Positions 1 to 12,744 of a stretch of 64,000 nt of DNA are shown here, one piece after another. Position 1 is the first letter of the stretch. Every line of letters begins with the position of its first letter. Source of the stretch: Rhynchobatus australiae (taxonomy: Eukaryota); NCBI GenBank assembly GCA_034780895.1, contig JAUZTB010000072.1, positions 16,471,973 to 16,535,972 of the forward strand, written 5' to 3'. The notes below the pieces were generated by a model. The model was not told where the DNA came from, did no database searches, and was given only the letters and a program-made list of their open reading frames with translations. Position numbers and translations under genes: made by a program.

Positions 1-1719
1 CTGGAGAACAGGATCTTGAATTAGGATGCCTGAAGTACTAAAAGATTTCTCAGAGTAGATTCAGGTGGTATATATATTGGGGAGAATTGTGTAGACTTGG
101 CAGCAAGTGAAGAACAGATTGCATTTTTATAGAAAGTGCATCATAAATTATGATAACTCGGTATGGGTAATTATTCACTAATGGACTTGCTTCAGGGATC
201 ATCTGGGCCTGATAATCTTTATCATTGATCAGATGGAAGATATCAGGAGAATGGCCCAAAAGATGTGACTGATACAGATTTGTGTTACAGCTGGACTTTG
301 TGAATTTCTTTCCTCCCACCCCCACCATATCAATCTGACAGGCACCTTTTAGTTAAGGATGGATTGGGGACCTCTGAGCCTGTGCATGTCATTGCAAAGG
401 TGGATGCTCAAACCTGTGTTACTTTAGTTATTTAAAGTCTATGAGGCACAGGGCCAAATAAATAATAAACAATCTCCAATCTCAGGAGATTCTCCAACCA
501 CATANNNNNNNNNNNNNNNNNNNNNNNNNNNNNNNNNNNNNNNNNNNNNNNNNNNNNNNNNNNNNNNNNNTCAAGATTATAGCTCAACTAGCTCAGAAGC
601 CAAGCTGCCCAGAATATTGGGTGGCCTCATATTGGTGGTGATGTACAGACCCTGCCAAAGGAACCAACAAATTCATTTGATTAATTCCTAGTTTAAAGGC
701 TTTCAGTTACCAAGATGTACAGAGTGGGGACTGTATATTGGAAAATATTCAAGGAGATTTGAGGTCTTTAAAAAGTCAGAGTTAGACTGGGTCCAAGTAG
801 ATGGGCTATTAAACTATGCAAGCATAAAACTAATGGCATATAGGAAATTGCTGCCTCTCAGTGATTGGATTTGCCACACAAATACAGAAGTGTAAGCTGT
901 CCTGAGATCTATGGGATGTGTCCAGGTGCTCGATCACCTTCAATGGTCAAAGAGAAATCTCAGGAAATTTCCCTAAATTAGCCCAAAGATTTTTCTTGCC
1001 TTTTCGGATTGGGTGATGGTGATAATTAACAGTAATTCTCATTCACAGTGTTAATGTGAGCCAATAACCTTTCTCAAACTGCTGCAAAATAAGTTTGTTC
1101 AAATTGTCTGTAAAACCAAAGTTAGGGAATTCCCATTAATGTCTCTGAATGGGTGTGGACTGTCTGAGGTACCACACTCATTGGACCAGTCAGTCTTTCC
1201 TCTGTGCTTATCCCACATAGTCCTACAGCTGAGCCCTTTCAGATGTTATGGGAGATGTCTCAATATCTCTCTCTCACCCCCCATGCTACTGGAAAAAAGN
1301 NNNNNNNNNNNNNNNNNNNNNNNNNNNNNNNNNNNNNNNNNNNNNNNNNNNNNNNNNNCAGTGTATTAATACACATACTTCTTTTCAGAGATTGACAGAT
1401 TCTCCTGAATTTTTCATATGAAGCAATGGGTTGTAGTGCATGGCATCTGCTTTGCTGTCATCCCACACTAGCCCTACAAGCTCACTTAGCCTTGACAGCT
1501 ACACAGTTCCCAATAATATTGAGGACTCCCCAAGCTGTCCCTCCCACAAGAGGCCAGAGGCAATGCAAACTAAGGACTTGTCTGAATACCACAAAGCTTA
1601 TGCTGTCAGGAGGTCTTTCTTCAATTTCCAAATGTTTCAAAAAAATCAAAGATACTCAGAAATAGTTAAATTTAATATGTGGATTTAAGTGCAATTAGCT
1701 GACATAATTAAAAAACACT

Positions 1720-2700
1720 TACTTTCACTTACCTTTTTACATCGATTCAGTCACTACCTGCTGCAGACCCAGAATGGCAAATATATCCTTTAGGACTCCG
1801 CTTGTTTGATCAGTGATGGTGCTACCAAGCATCTCTTGGTGGTGAACACCAAAGTACCCAATCCAGAGTACATGCTGTGTCCGTGCTTCATTCACGTGTA
1901 GTGTGACATGGAGAAGTATTTCATTACCACCAACTATTCTCTCTCAGCTAATCAAGAGAAAGTTTCCTTGCCCATGTTTGACCTGATGCCATGATACTTA
2001 AGAGTTAGTGTCAATATTGAGGATGTCTAGGGCTATTTCCTCCTACCTGAACACCACAACTGCCACCCCTGTTGGGTCTATCCAGTCAGTGGAGCAGGAT
2101 TTACTCAGGGATTGTGATTCAGGGGTCTGGCACATTGTCAGCAAGTTATGNNNNNNAGCGTACACCTATAATCAGGCTGTATCTTGATTAGTATGAAAAC
2201 AGCTGTCCAAATTTTAGATATCACAGGTGTTTGAGAGTTAAACTTTGCAAGGTTGACTGGGTTGGGAACAACTTTGCCATGTCTGAATTCAATGCCTCAG
2301 TCAATGCCACTCCTATGTTCAGTTATTTTCTTTCTCAATCATTAAAGTGCTTTGCCACCAATTTACTTTATTTGAAGTCTCCGTTCAAATTCACAGAAAT
2401 ACAGCACCAATTTATATATTCAAGCTCCCACAACAGCACTTTGATAAAAACATGACTTTATATCCCTCTCTAATGACTTCAACACAGAGCTCCAAGTTGG
2501 CATTCCACTGCCATTGGTATGAAGATGCTGTCTGCACCCTCAAGACAAACATAAAAGAATCCCGTGACACTATCTGGAAGAACAGTCGGAAGTTATTCCT
2601 GGAGTCCTGATCAATGTAGTTCTTCACATTCCCAAGAGCTACTCAGATTATTCCCCTGGACCCTACATGTGGGAGGTGCTGGAATCCATGAAGAGGAACA
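1720..2700 (-). mobile_element. Old LINE fragment, possibly related to 37030-38880
   Basis: Degenerate endonuclease-region-like sequence; weak visual similarity only. Confidence 0.35.
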
Positions 2701-3848
2701 TTTTATATAACACACCTTGGACCCCACACTGTCACTGGTTCCTAGTTATAGAAATATACTGCATCTCAGCAACCAGCAATGTTGCTTTACCACAACAGTA
2801 TTAGCTAACTTAAGGCAGCTTAAGACTGTTTCCAAACTAAGCTTAAACCAGGGTTATGTGTTATTTTAATACCTGGATATATCAAGACATGTTCATAGTG
2901 CATTGCAAGAAAAGCATTTTTACTGTCTTTGATCTTTGCTGGAAGACAAGTATGAAAATGGGCAAAGATGAGAATTATTCAAGAAGTGAATAGCTGGTGG
3001 CAGGTAGTGTCTTGGAGTACATCTAAATTGCAAGCTGTTGGTTCTGTCGGTTAGACTTGTAAAAGTTTTTGCTCCTCACACTGCTCCTGCCCTCTCTCTG
3101 ACCTCACCACTGAACTTCGCAATATGGGTTTATAGTGAGACAATAGTATTGGCTCAGGGTCATTATTGAATGGAAGGGGCCCAGGCAGTATTGATCACAT
3201 CATCCTATTACCAGGGACACCTGCCTCTACTGCTGACATGTACATTATTTGTTCCATGCCCCTTTCTCTTGGAGTGACATTTCTGGATAGTGTCTCAATT
3301 GTTACACAGTGCAACAAGCTTTAGGTGTGTTTGAAGTGGGAAAGGGAGGTAAACAAGCAAAATTACTTGCTCTCATTAGACTAGAGAATACTGAATGATA
3401 CAACTCTGGATTTTCGGCAAGACCAGTCAGGCTTCAGGTGAAATTTACTAACTCTTACTGATTACTCACCAGTACCTCCAAATGTAAAATTATCATTTGG
3501 AACATTAACAGTTGGAATATTTGAGCTCAGCCCCCATAGAACAATGGAGATACGGATACATAATAAATAGATAATCTCCCAAAAACCAAGCTCACCAGAA
3601 CTAAGACCATATTCAATCCTGTCCTTCGGCTGAAAGCTGTACAAATACTGCAAGTTCACAGTGCAAAGCAACAAGAATCACAGCAAACACAGCACCAAAC
3701 ACCATCAGAAGTCCATTCTTGTTCAGTTAAGGAACCTCCTGTTTTGCAAATAGAAAGCCGAGATAACGTATCCCTCCCACGCAAGGCCCAGCAGTCATCA
3801 GAATTTAAGGCACATTTTACATTGCAAGTTGTCTTGGACATTGCGATC

Positions 3849-4079
3849 TCATGGCTCCACTGGCAAGTCACAAGCTGGAGAACTAGGAGTCTTTTCTGAT
3901 GCCTTTAACTTAAAGACATCATCAATAACCTGCCAGAGACAGTTCTCAAGTGGAAAGTCATTATCCACAAGATTGACCAGGTAATAGTGATCATGAATAT
4001 CTTGAATTATCTGTTGAGAGCGAGAGCCAGTTGGATATAGTTTCCCCCATTGCTCAATCCATAGGGCAAAGGCTTCATC
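3849..4079 (-). CDS. MTHFR: MTHFR last coding exon ([15 protein letters not shown]...LVNLVDNDF...LPVEP*)
   Basis: Acceptor at 4081-4080, TGA stop at 3851-3849. Confidence 0.95.
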   Translation of the reverse strand, partial: DEAFALWIEQWGKLYPTGSRSQQIIQDIHDHYYLVNLVDNDFPLENCLWQVIDDVFKLKASEKTPSSPACDLPVEP

Positions 4080-4724
4080 CTGAGAACAAATCACAATGTT
4101 ATCAAGTCTGCCAACTGCTTCCTTCTCACCACCCCATAAACATAGACATTCCCTTTCTCTACACTCCAGAAGTATTTTTCTTTTTTTATGTCAGCTAAAG
4201 CAACTTGTGGACCAGGATATTAGTGGAAATATTGGAAAGAAATTATTGTTGGTTATTCTAATGGAAAGGGGTTGTGCCATATTTCTTGTCTTGTTAATTA
4301 TTCAAAGTAACAGAAGAATCCCAGAGCAATGCTTTGGGAGCTGTCAGATAGATAGCTAACTGTAGCGAACAGNNNNNNNNNNNNNNNNNNNNNNNNNNNN
4401 NNNNNNNNNNNNNNNNNNNNNNNNNNNNNNNNNNNNNNNNNNNNNNNNNNNNNNNNNNNNNNNNNNNNNNNNNNNNNNNNNNNNNNNNNNNNNNNNNNNN
4501 NNNNNNNNNNNNNNNNNNNNNNNNNNNNNNNNNNNNNNNNNNNNNNNNNNNNNNNNNNNNNNNNNNNNNNNNNNNNNNNNNNNNNNNNNNNNNNNNNNNN
4601 NNNNNNNNNNNNNNNNNNNNNNNNNNNNNNNNNNNNNNNNNNNNNNNNNNNNNNNNNNNNNNNNNNNNNNNNNNNNNNNNNNNNNNNNNNNNNNNNNNNN
4701 NNNNNNNNNCTTGATTCTCATTAC

Positions 4725-4844
4725 CTTCCAGTACATGAAGCTGATAGGATCGACCACTGTGGGCTGAATTATCTCACGTCCTGGAAAGATACCCCATGTC
4801 ACTGCAATTGGCTGCATGTCAAAAGCATTATTTATATTCTCACC
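4725..4844 (-). CDS. MTHFR: MTHFR coding exon 10 ([40 protein letters not shown])
   Basis: 120 bp, AG/GT boundaries. Confidence 0.96.
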
Positions 4845-5346
4845 CTGCAAAAAGGTTACAAATGGGCTAAGGTTAGTTTATGAAGCAGACAGAAAACTGC
4901 TGTAATCCTTACTAGCCAGGTTAGGTTGTACAATAATAATACTACATCTGAGCAACAGTCTGAAAATCAACGCATCAGTGTTCTATAAAGTGGGTTGTTA
5001 CCAATTTACTTTCCTTGGTGTTCATATACACTGCAAACATTAATGTGACACAATTTGCTGTTCCTCCACTACCAGATTCAATTCAGGCTGGTTTATTGGT
5101 CTCAGTGAAAGTTCCTTTAGACCAAAGGCACTGTCAGTTTTATACCAGTTGAGTGCCACTATCATCATTGATGATGATAAGTGGGAGATGAGTTATGTTA
5201 CCCTGCAGTCACTCTATTAGTATGTGAAACAAAGGAACAAACTTTTCACCTTGACTTCTAGCACCTTTTCTTACAGAAAAAGTGAAATTTGATTACTGCT
5301 TTTAATCCAGGATTTGTGATCCAATCTGTGATCCGCTATCCCTTAC

Positions 5347-5448
5347 CTTCACGTTTACAATCTGGTAGTTCACACGCATTTCATATTTCTTCAGAACTTT
5401 GAGTAGAGTAGATACATTTTCAGAGGAGGTGAAAAACTCAAGATAAGC
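5347..5448 (-). CDS. MTHFR: MTHFR coding exon 9 ([34 protein letters not shown])
   Basis: 102 bp, translated by hand, AG/GT boundaries. Confidence 0.95.
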
Positions 5449-5590
5449 CTAAAATAGCAAGAGCAATATTCAGTCAAAGGATGACGAGATTCCTTTGCTT
5501 ATGGTCTATCTTCACAGCTGAGTTTCTAAATCAAGGATTTCTGAAACCCCAAAGGATCTCTTTATTCTCAGAGCGTTTTTGTTATCTTAC

Positions 5591-5773
5591 CTTCTGAAAT
5601 ACATAACCACCCTCAGGTCCCCAGCCCACAATAGGGTCAGTTGAAGGTTTTGCAGTAATGTTGGGCTGGGAGTTTATGGTGAGAATTCCCATTTGGTTCA
5701 CCTTCTCCAGTTCATCCTTCATCAGGGATGTTTCTGGTGCCAGGGCATCATCATTCCAGGGCAAACAGGCCAC
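5591..5773 (-). CDS. MTHFR: MTHFR coding exon 8 ([16 protein letters not shown]...LTINSQPN...GGYVFQK)
   Basis: 183 bp, SAM-binding domain motifs, AG/GT boundaries. Confidence 0.96.
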
Positions 5774-6516
5774 CTGAGAATATACAAACCAGAAGTACTG
5801 AGTTTTATTTGTGTTTAAAAACTGGGCTGGCTTGGCTGTTCAAACCCTTGAGCCCTGGTCACCAAGTGAGAAAATTGTTAGGCTTAAAGTGGCTTACTTC
5901 TGTTGGATACGTGTTAACTGGTGCCAGACATGAATTCTGAGCTGCCACACGTTATTGGGAGACACAAGGTATTGAGAGAAGGGAAGAATGAAAGTGAGAG
6001 TAATCAGGTCTGAGGAAATAACTAGGGGGCAATGGCTACTGCTCTCTTTTTTGAGAGACAATCAATGGGGAAAAAGACTTGCCTTTGGATCCCAACATCC
6101 AAGCTCTTGTCCATTGGAATTTGTTGTTATGTAAACTCAAGTTCAGGTCAAGTGTTCTGAACCACTGACCTAACGATTCTCTTATTGTGAATTTTTCTAA
6201 CGCTTGGTGACAAAAGATCTCATTTACTCAGATATTTGTAAGTTGATTCCATGTTTTTTTTTAATATAATGAAGTACAGACAAGACGAGACACATGGTAT
6301 ATTGAGGATTCATAGTACAGAAGGTTTATTACTATTGTGGATGTTGCTCAAGTCCTATCTGGGGAAAAGTAGTCCTTATGCCAGAATGACAAATAGTGCT
6401 AGTTAAATTTCCAAGTATTGTACTGAAAGACAGCAACCGTCTGAAATATCTACTAATTCTCAAATAAGACACAGCTGTTATAGAAATCAAGGCCTGCACT
6501 GGAGGTCCTGATGGTC

Positions 6517-6517
<1 letters not shown>

Positions 6518-6554
<37 letters not shown>
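6518..6554. repeat. (CA)n microsatellite in an MTHFR intron
   Basis: About 18 uninterrupted CA units. Confidence 0.95.
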
Positions 6555-6556
<2 letters not shown>

Positions 6557-7141
6557 ATGCAGGTGCTGCTGATAAAGCCAGCATCTACAGCCCTGCCCTA
6601 AGTGGTCTTGAACTAAAAGGCTAGCTGAGACATATCAGAGGATGTTAAGAAAAAAACTATATTACCACGGGGATAGAGTCACACATAGGACAGAACAGGT
6701 AAAGACACAAAACTTCCTCTCCTGAAATACATTTACTGATGGGTTTTAACTAAACTCACTTAGCTATTGTGTACATTTACAGATACTAGATTTTAAAAAT
6801 ACAGATTCATTTAACGATTTGGACTCAAGTCTCTGGAGCATTCCCCTAGGAATCTATTATTAAACCGGTAATATCAATCATTTTGTTACTTTTACAATAT
6901 AACTCAGACAAGATGCCAAGCCTCATTTTCCTGCATGTACAACTGAATCTGATATAAATATAGCTAAATACTTGGTGGTGCAAATTAGAAATGACCATCA
7001 AGTGATACATTTTGTTTAAAATACTATGTTTTCATAAACTGCTATGGGATTTGTAATTTAACTCTTCTTAGGAACTAGACACAAATAGTTATTTTATAAA
7101 TCTTTTGGTTTGTTTTTATTGGTCACAATTTGTTCTATTAC

Positions 7142-7322
7142 CTTTATTCCATTGCTGTTGGGCTTCCCACTAATATATGCTGTGAAGACATCAAATATAC
7201 TTTTTTCATCTACCAATTCTTCTCCCCACATCTTCAGCAACTCCTCCTTGGGACACTTATTCTTCAGGTAGAAAAGGTAGTAATCACTCAACTCACCAAA
7301 TGCAGGAGATGAGGAGTTCCCC
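7142..7322 (-). CDS. MTHFR: MTHFR coding exon 7 ([21 protein letters not shown]...SNGIK)
   Basis: 181 bp, AG/GT boundaries. Confidence 0.96.
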
Positions 7323-7826
7323 CTGAAATATCAAATACAATAAAAACCATACCGCATCAACACTGAGCAACTTATTTCAGCCAAAGCCACCAATATAGAG
7401 TTGATCATATCAGTAAACATCTTTTGTACAATTATTTGCTCAGGAAATTAAGTTCTCTCATACTGGTGTTGGGGCTATTCAGTAAACTAATATCAAAAGA
7501 GAGAGATCCACATTTTAGTCCATATTCATCCTCTCAAAATTAAAATGTAAGACATATAACCACCAGCATTTCAACCTGGCATTCCATCTCACAATGCTCA
7601 ATCCTGACACAAACTAAACCTGGAAGGATTGAACTGAGAGTTGTGTTCCTTAGTGCTTTTCTGCATCAGTTCACATAAATACAGTGGGAAAGTTCCACAT
7701 GTACCACTACAAAATCCAAGATTGATTATCAGGCTAAATATTTACAAGTGTGAATTTACTAGTGTGACAAGCATTTTCCTATTGCACTTTAGCACAATAA
7801 ACAGCAGTAACGATTTATGATTATAC

Positions 7827-8065
7827 CATCTTCCATTTGGGAATTCATCCCAATCCTGGGTTCTGTAGATGTAACTCTTCTGTCTTGAAGCCCAAAATAT
7901 TGGTCGGACATCCTCNNNNNNNNNNNNNNNNNNNNNNNNNNNNNNNNNNNNNNNNNNNNNNNNNNNNNNNNNNNNNNNNNNNNNNNNNNNNNNNNNNNNN
8001 NNNNNNNNNNNNNNNCCTCAACCCTTCGCTTTGGATTGGCACTAATGGTCCATGGCAGCGCTCGC
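7827..8065 (-). CDS. MTHFR: MTHFR coding exon 6 ([45 protein letters not shown]), interrupted by a 100-N gap
   Basis: Flanks of the gap (7916-8015) overlap by CCTC; collapsing them gives a 135-bp in-frame exon. Confidence 0.92.
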
Positions 8066-8413
8066 CTGGGAGAGCAGAGAACTGAAGATTAAAAGGTTTT
8101 CACACAACTTACGCCATGACAGCTCTTTAAAGAATGGTCCAAAGCTTGGAAATTTCTAAATGGTTAATTCCTGGAGTCAGAACACAATTACAGTACCACC
8201 ATGATAAAGCAATAATTTCTTTACTGTGAAAATAAACATTGGTGTCCTTTATCAGTAATGCAAGTTAATCAGTAAACCAGAGAAGGTAGGTGCTTCTAGA
8301 ATTTAAGTAATATTTTGCAAAAATGTGTAGTTGGCCCATTAAGATTTCTGCTCGCCCGAGCTCTATGAATTGCAGAAATCATGTACACTGTTAGATTTTT
8401 TGTTCAAGCCCAC

Positions 8414-8664
8414 CTAGGATCCTCAGTCCACAGTCCGAGTCGTTTCAGGATCTCGATGGTTGCCACCTCTCGGTTCAGGGTGTAGAAGTGGAGCCCTGGC
8501 ACCAACCCTGATTTCAGTAGAACCTTGCACATGTCAGTGGCCAAGTCAATACCATAATTTCTAATAGCATCATCATTATCCTTGATTGAGTCAATGACAT
8601 CTTTGATTTCTTGAGGAACCTGCAGCTTGGAGAGTTTAACCAGCTGTCGCAATGAGTGATGACT
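8414..8664 (-). CDS. MTHFR: MTHFR coding exon 5 ([14 protein letters not shown]...[10 protein letters not shown]...WTEDP)
   Basis: 251 bp, AG/GT boundaries. Confidence 0.96.
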
Positions 8665-8853
8665 CTGCACAAGGTGGAAGAATGAGATTAACACATGAAT
8701 TGTACCAGCAAAAGGACTGAGAAAGTGTTCACCCGCTAGGGCAAACTGGGTGACATTATTGCTCATGTATAGCTGAGAACGCAAGGCATATCACCAGAGT
8801 TTAGGAGGCACACCTGGAAACAGGCTTCTCCTAGGACCTCTATTCACACGTAC

Positions 8854-9047
8854 CTGAATGGGAAATATTCCTGGCAGAATGGGGCAAGTAATTCCAATTG
8901 CACGGCAGTCCTTATAAAATGTCAGGAAGGTCTCAGGTTTGAAGAATAGTTGGGTGATGATAAAGTCTGAACCAGCATCTACCTTTGCTTTCAGGTGGCT
9001 GAGATCCTCCTCATAACTGCCACACTCAGGGTGCCCAGTTGGGTAAC
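8854..9047 (-). CDS. MTHFR: MTHFR coding exon 4 ([36 protein letters not shown]...PGIFPIQ)
   Basis: 194 bp, translated by hand (absent from the ORF track), AG/GT boundaries. Confidence 0.96.
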
Positions 9048-9138
9048 CTGCAAGGAAACAAAATTTAGATCAGCATCTTGCCTCAAGCAAGACAGAGAGC
9101 GAGATTGAAAGAAACTGGGTTCACAGATCTTAGCTTAC

Positions 9139-9249
9139 CAGCAACACAGATGTCAAAGTAATCACTAAATTCGCAGCGAATGTGCTTGACTAAGTCACTA
9201 GCATAATTAAATCCTCCTTCTTCAGTCTTCCACTCATCACCGAGGGGAT
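9139..9249 (-). CDS. MTHFR: MTHFR coding exon 3 ([37 protein letters not shown])
   Basis: 111 bp, AG/GT boundaries. Confidence 0.96.
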
Positions 9250-9904
9250 CTAAAGCATGCAACACAACAGATGCTGTTACTGGTTCCCTCATTCCATAAA
9301 CTTTGAACTTTGGATTCTCATTCCTACCTCCCCATTCCCAACATATTTGCCTAATATGGAAAAAAATATAGAATAGACTATCACATTTAAATAATTTAAA
9401 TGCAGGGCTAATTGGGTGACAATGAAGAATAGATTCTCCCTCATCTCCGCAGCAAACAGCGTTTTACTGTGATGTTTACAGGAAGCTGGCAAATATTTCA
9501 CAACGATTGGATCTATGGTTTCCCTTCCTCTCCCCAGTGTTATTCGCCCAGCAAGTCCAATAGGAAAATAACTTCAGTTTCATTCCGTTGTATACCTCAC
9601 AGATCCAGGAATTTGACCCATGAGAAGACAATATCTGGATAATGCCACAGAAAAGGGATTTGCTCAATAACCTAGTGACCTCTTCCCATGAGCCAGAGAT
9701 CTTTTGCTCATCACCTTTGCTAAACCCATAGAGGTTAGAATTAATGTAGGCAACAGAAGGTAGGGCTGGATTCACCGATATATGTCGAGCTTGGAGATGG
9801 GAAACCAGAAGATTCTCTGCTGCGGGTGTGGGAAGTAGGGTGTGACAGGAGAGGGAAACGAGTTACGGAAGAGGTTAAAAACAAAGCACAGCTCAGCATC
9901 TTAC

Positions 9905-10143
9905 CCCCACGAAGTGCGAGTATGTTCTTCAACCCGAGGCTACGAGCTTTCTGTAGGTGCTGTGTGATCTGATCCTTGGTTTGGTTACAGCAGGTTAGGT
10001 GCAGCAATGTCTCCAGGCCACAGTAATTTACTGCCGTGCTGGCAATGGTCATGGAAGAAGTCTCTTTGTCACCACCTGGGTCTCCAGCAGGATGCCAGGT
10101 GACATCAATGAAGAGCGGCCCACCAACAGCCATATGGTCAAAC
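9905..10143 (-). CDS. MTHFR: MTHFR coding exon 2 ([24 protein letters not shown]...NILALRG)
   Basis: 239 bp, AG/GT boundaries, FAD-binding barrel motifs. Confidence 0.96.
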
Positions 10144-12059
10144 CTAATCGAGCAAAGGTCATGGTCAACAAGTCACAACACAACATTTATCACAAGATCC
10201 CAACTACAGCTCAACCAATGGTTCAGCAAGTTTATCCAGGGAGCTGGGCAAATCAGCAGAATCAGGCCAGTGCCAGGTAACCTGATCTGCGCCAAGGTGA
10301 GGGTAGAAATGGGACAGTTAACCTCAGTACTCCTAGATATCTAGAAAGCAATTAAACAAGTCACTGTCCTAATCCAAAGTTTCAAAGAAAACATTTGGTT
10401 CAATTGTGATGTGTCTATCAACATGTATATCAGGCTTATATTTTGATGCAAGATAAAGGATTTGTATCTCAGTGAAAGTATCAATTCTGGAAAAGGCCAG
10501 CATCCAGTGCAACAGCATGTAGACTAAGTTATACCTCCAAAGCAGTCTTTTGACAGGAGGAAGGAAAAATTAGAAAATGACTGCAATATTAGATCAGCCA
10601 CAACCACAAAGCACATAGAGGGCTAAGTATTCAGCAAGGACAATGTGGCCCCCTTGTATTAATTTCTTGCAGACTGATGCATCACAGGGAGTCATGACCT
10701 CCAATTAGTGATGCAATGAACTTGCAGCACGCTGTACCACAGGAATCAGCGGTGTAAACAGCAACCGCTCCTGGACACAGCCACGTCACACCAACAGACA
10801 GCACTCACTCCAGCAACAATCTCAATCGAAGGCACCCACTCCAGTCCCTTGTTCTAGAACTCACTGTGGAATCCAGCAACAACTAATTATCACTTCAGGA
10901 GATGCAGGTATCTTACTCCTTTTGGCAATATGTATGCAAAATACCCCAATGAGAAAAACAGTTCCAGAAATCACTCAATTTACTTCCAAACAGGATATAG
11001 ATTAGAAATTGCAGTACATGCAATATTGACTGCAGATAATGATTATCTTAAGACAGATTGCACAATGTAACTAATTCTTCTACAGTTAAAACAAGGTTTT
11101 GTAGAAATTTCCAGAGTCAACCAGATAAAAGCTCTGAAGTAAACCATATACACTTTGTTTGAACTCGTTGTGTTTCATTTTGCAATAGACTTTGTTAAAA
11201 GTTAAGAACCCACTAAGCAGATATGCTGTACAGATGTGTTACGGACTAGGACTATTAGTGAGTGTCCCTTTTAGATTGTGTGTGNNNNNNNNNNNNNNNN
11301 NNNNNNNNNNNNNNNNNNNNNNNNNNNNNNNNNNNNNNNNNNNNNNNNNNNNNNNNNNNNNNNNNNNNNNNNNNNNNNNNNNNNNNNNNNNNNNNNNNNN
11401 NNNNNNNNNNNNNNNNNNNNNNNNNNNNNNNNNNNNNNNNNNNNNNNNNNNNNNNNNNNNNNNNNNNNNNNNNNNNNNNNNNNNNNNNNNNNNNNNNNNN
11501 NNNNNNNNNNNNNNNNNNNNNNNNNNNNNNNNNNNNNNNNNNNNNNNNNNNNNNNNNNNNNNNNNNNNNNNNNNNNNNNNNNNNNNNNNNNNNNNNNNNN
11601 NNNNNNNNNNNNNNNNNNNNNNNNNNNNNNNNNNNNNNNNNNNNNNNNNNNNNNNNNNNNNNNNNNNNNNNNNNNNNNNNNNNNNNNNNNNNNNNNNNNN
11701 NNNNNNNNNNNNNNNNNNNNNNNNNNNNNNNNNNNNNNNNNNNNNNNNNNNNNNNNNNNNNNNNNNNNNNNNNNNNNNNNNNNNNNNNNNNNNNNNNNNN
11801 NNNNNNNNNNNNNNNNNNNNNNNNNNNNNNNNNNNNCACATGTCCAGTAACTAAAAGAGCAAGTACTGCAAATATATGGAAAGCCACCACCTGCAACTTA
11901 TCATCCAAGCTGTGCAATGTCCTGACTTGAAAATGTGTCATTATTCTTTTATCACTGCCTGATCTAAATTCTGGAACCGTCTCCCATAGTGTTGTTGGGT
12001 AACACCTTCACTACGTAGCTACATTGAATCCAGGAAGTGGCCACCACCACCCAGAGTCA

Positions 12060-12560
12060 TAATGTCATAGAGACTTATGGTACAGAAACACACCCCTTGA
12101 CCCAACTCTTCCATGCCAACTGCGATGCCCATCTACGCCAATCCTATTTGCCCACTTTAAGCCTATATTCCTCTACTCCTTTCATATTCAACTACCTGTC
12201 CAAATACCTTTAAACCCTGCAACTGTATCTGCCTCCATCACTTCCTCTGGCAGCTCATTCCATTTAACCACCACCTCCTGTGNNNNNNNNNNTCCAGGAA
12301 ACATTCTGGTGAATCTCTTCTGCATTCTTTCTAATGCCACCACATCATTCCTGTAGTGCGGTGGTCAGAACTGTACACAGTACTCCCAAGTGCAGCCTGA
12401 CCAATATTTTGTGCATAACATCCCAACTCTTATACTCAATGCCTCAGCTTTTGAAGACAAGCATACCAAACAGCTTCTTCGCTACCCTATCCACCTATAC
12501 TGCCTTTTTCAGGGAGCCGAACTTGCACCCTAAGAAACCTCTCTACATCAACACTCCTGA
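12060..12560 (-). mobile_element. CR1 LINE 3' fragment
   Basis: Resembles the CR1 tails at 53170-53970 and 54277-54740. Confidence 0.7.
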
Positions 12561-12744
12561 GGTCTCTGACATTTATCATAATGTCCACCACACAATGAAT
12601 CTGCACCTTTAGAGCACTAAGGGATGGACAAAAAACTGGGATTGCCAGCAATGCCCACATTCCGTAAATGAATAAAATAGTCAATGAGCCACTTCTTCTC
12701 TTGGGCTTGAGTGCACCTGGCCATTCATCACTGATCAACCTCAC

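Noticed and set aside
2865-2870. Minus-strand ATTAAA as the MTHFR poly(A) signal
   Set aside because: Plausible, but one of several weak candidates with no independent support
11192-11941. Long ORFs made of X residues (also at 21.6, 30.5, 35.9, 55.4 and 60.4 kb)
   Set aside because: Artefacts of translating N gaps
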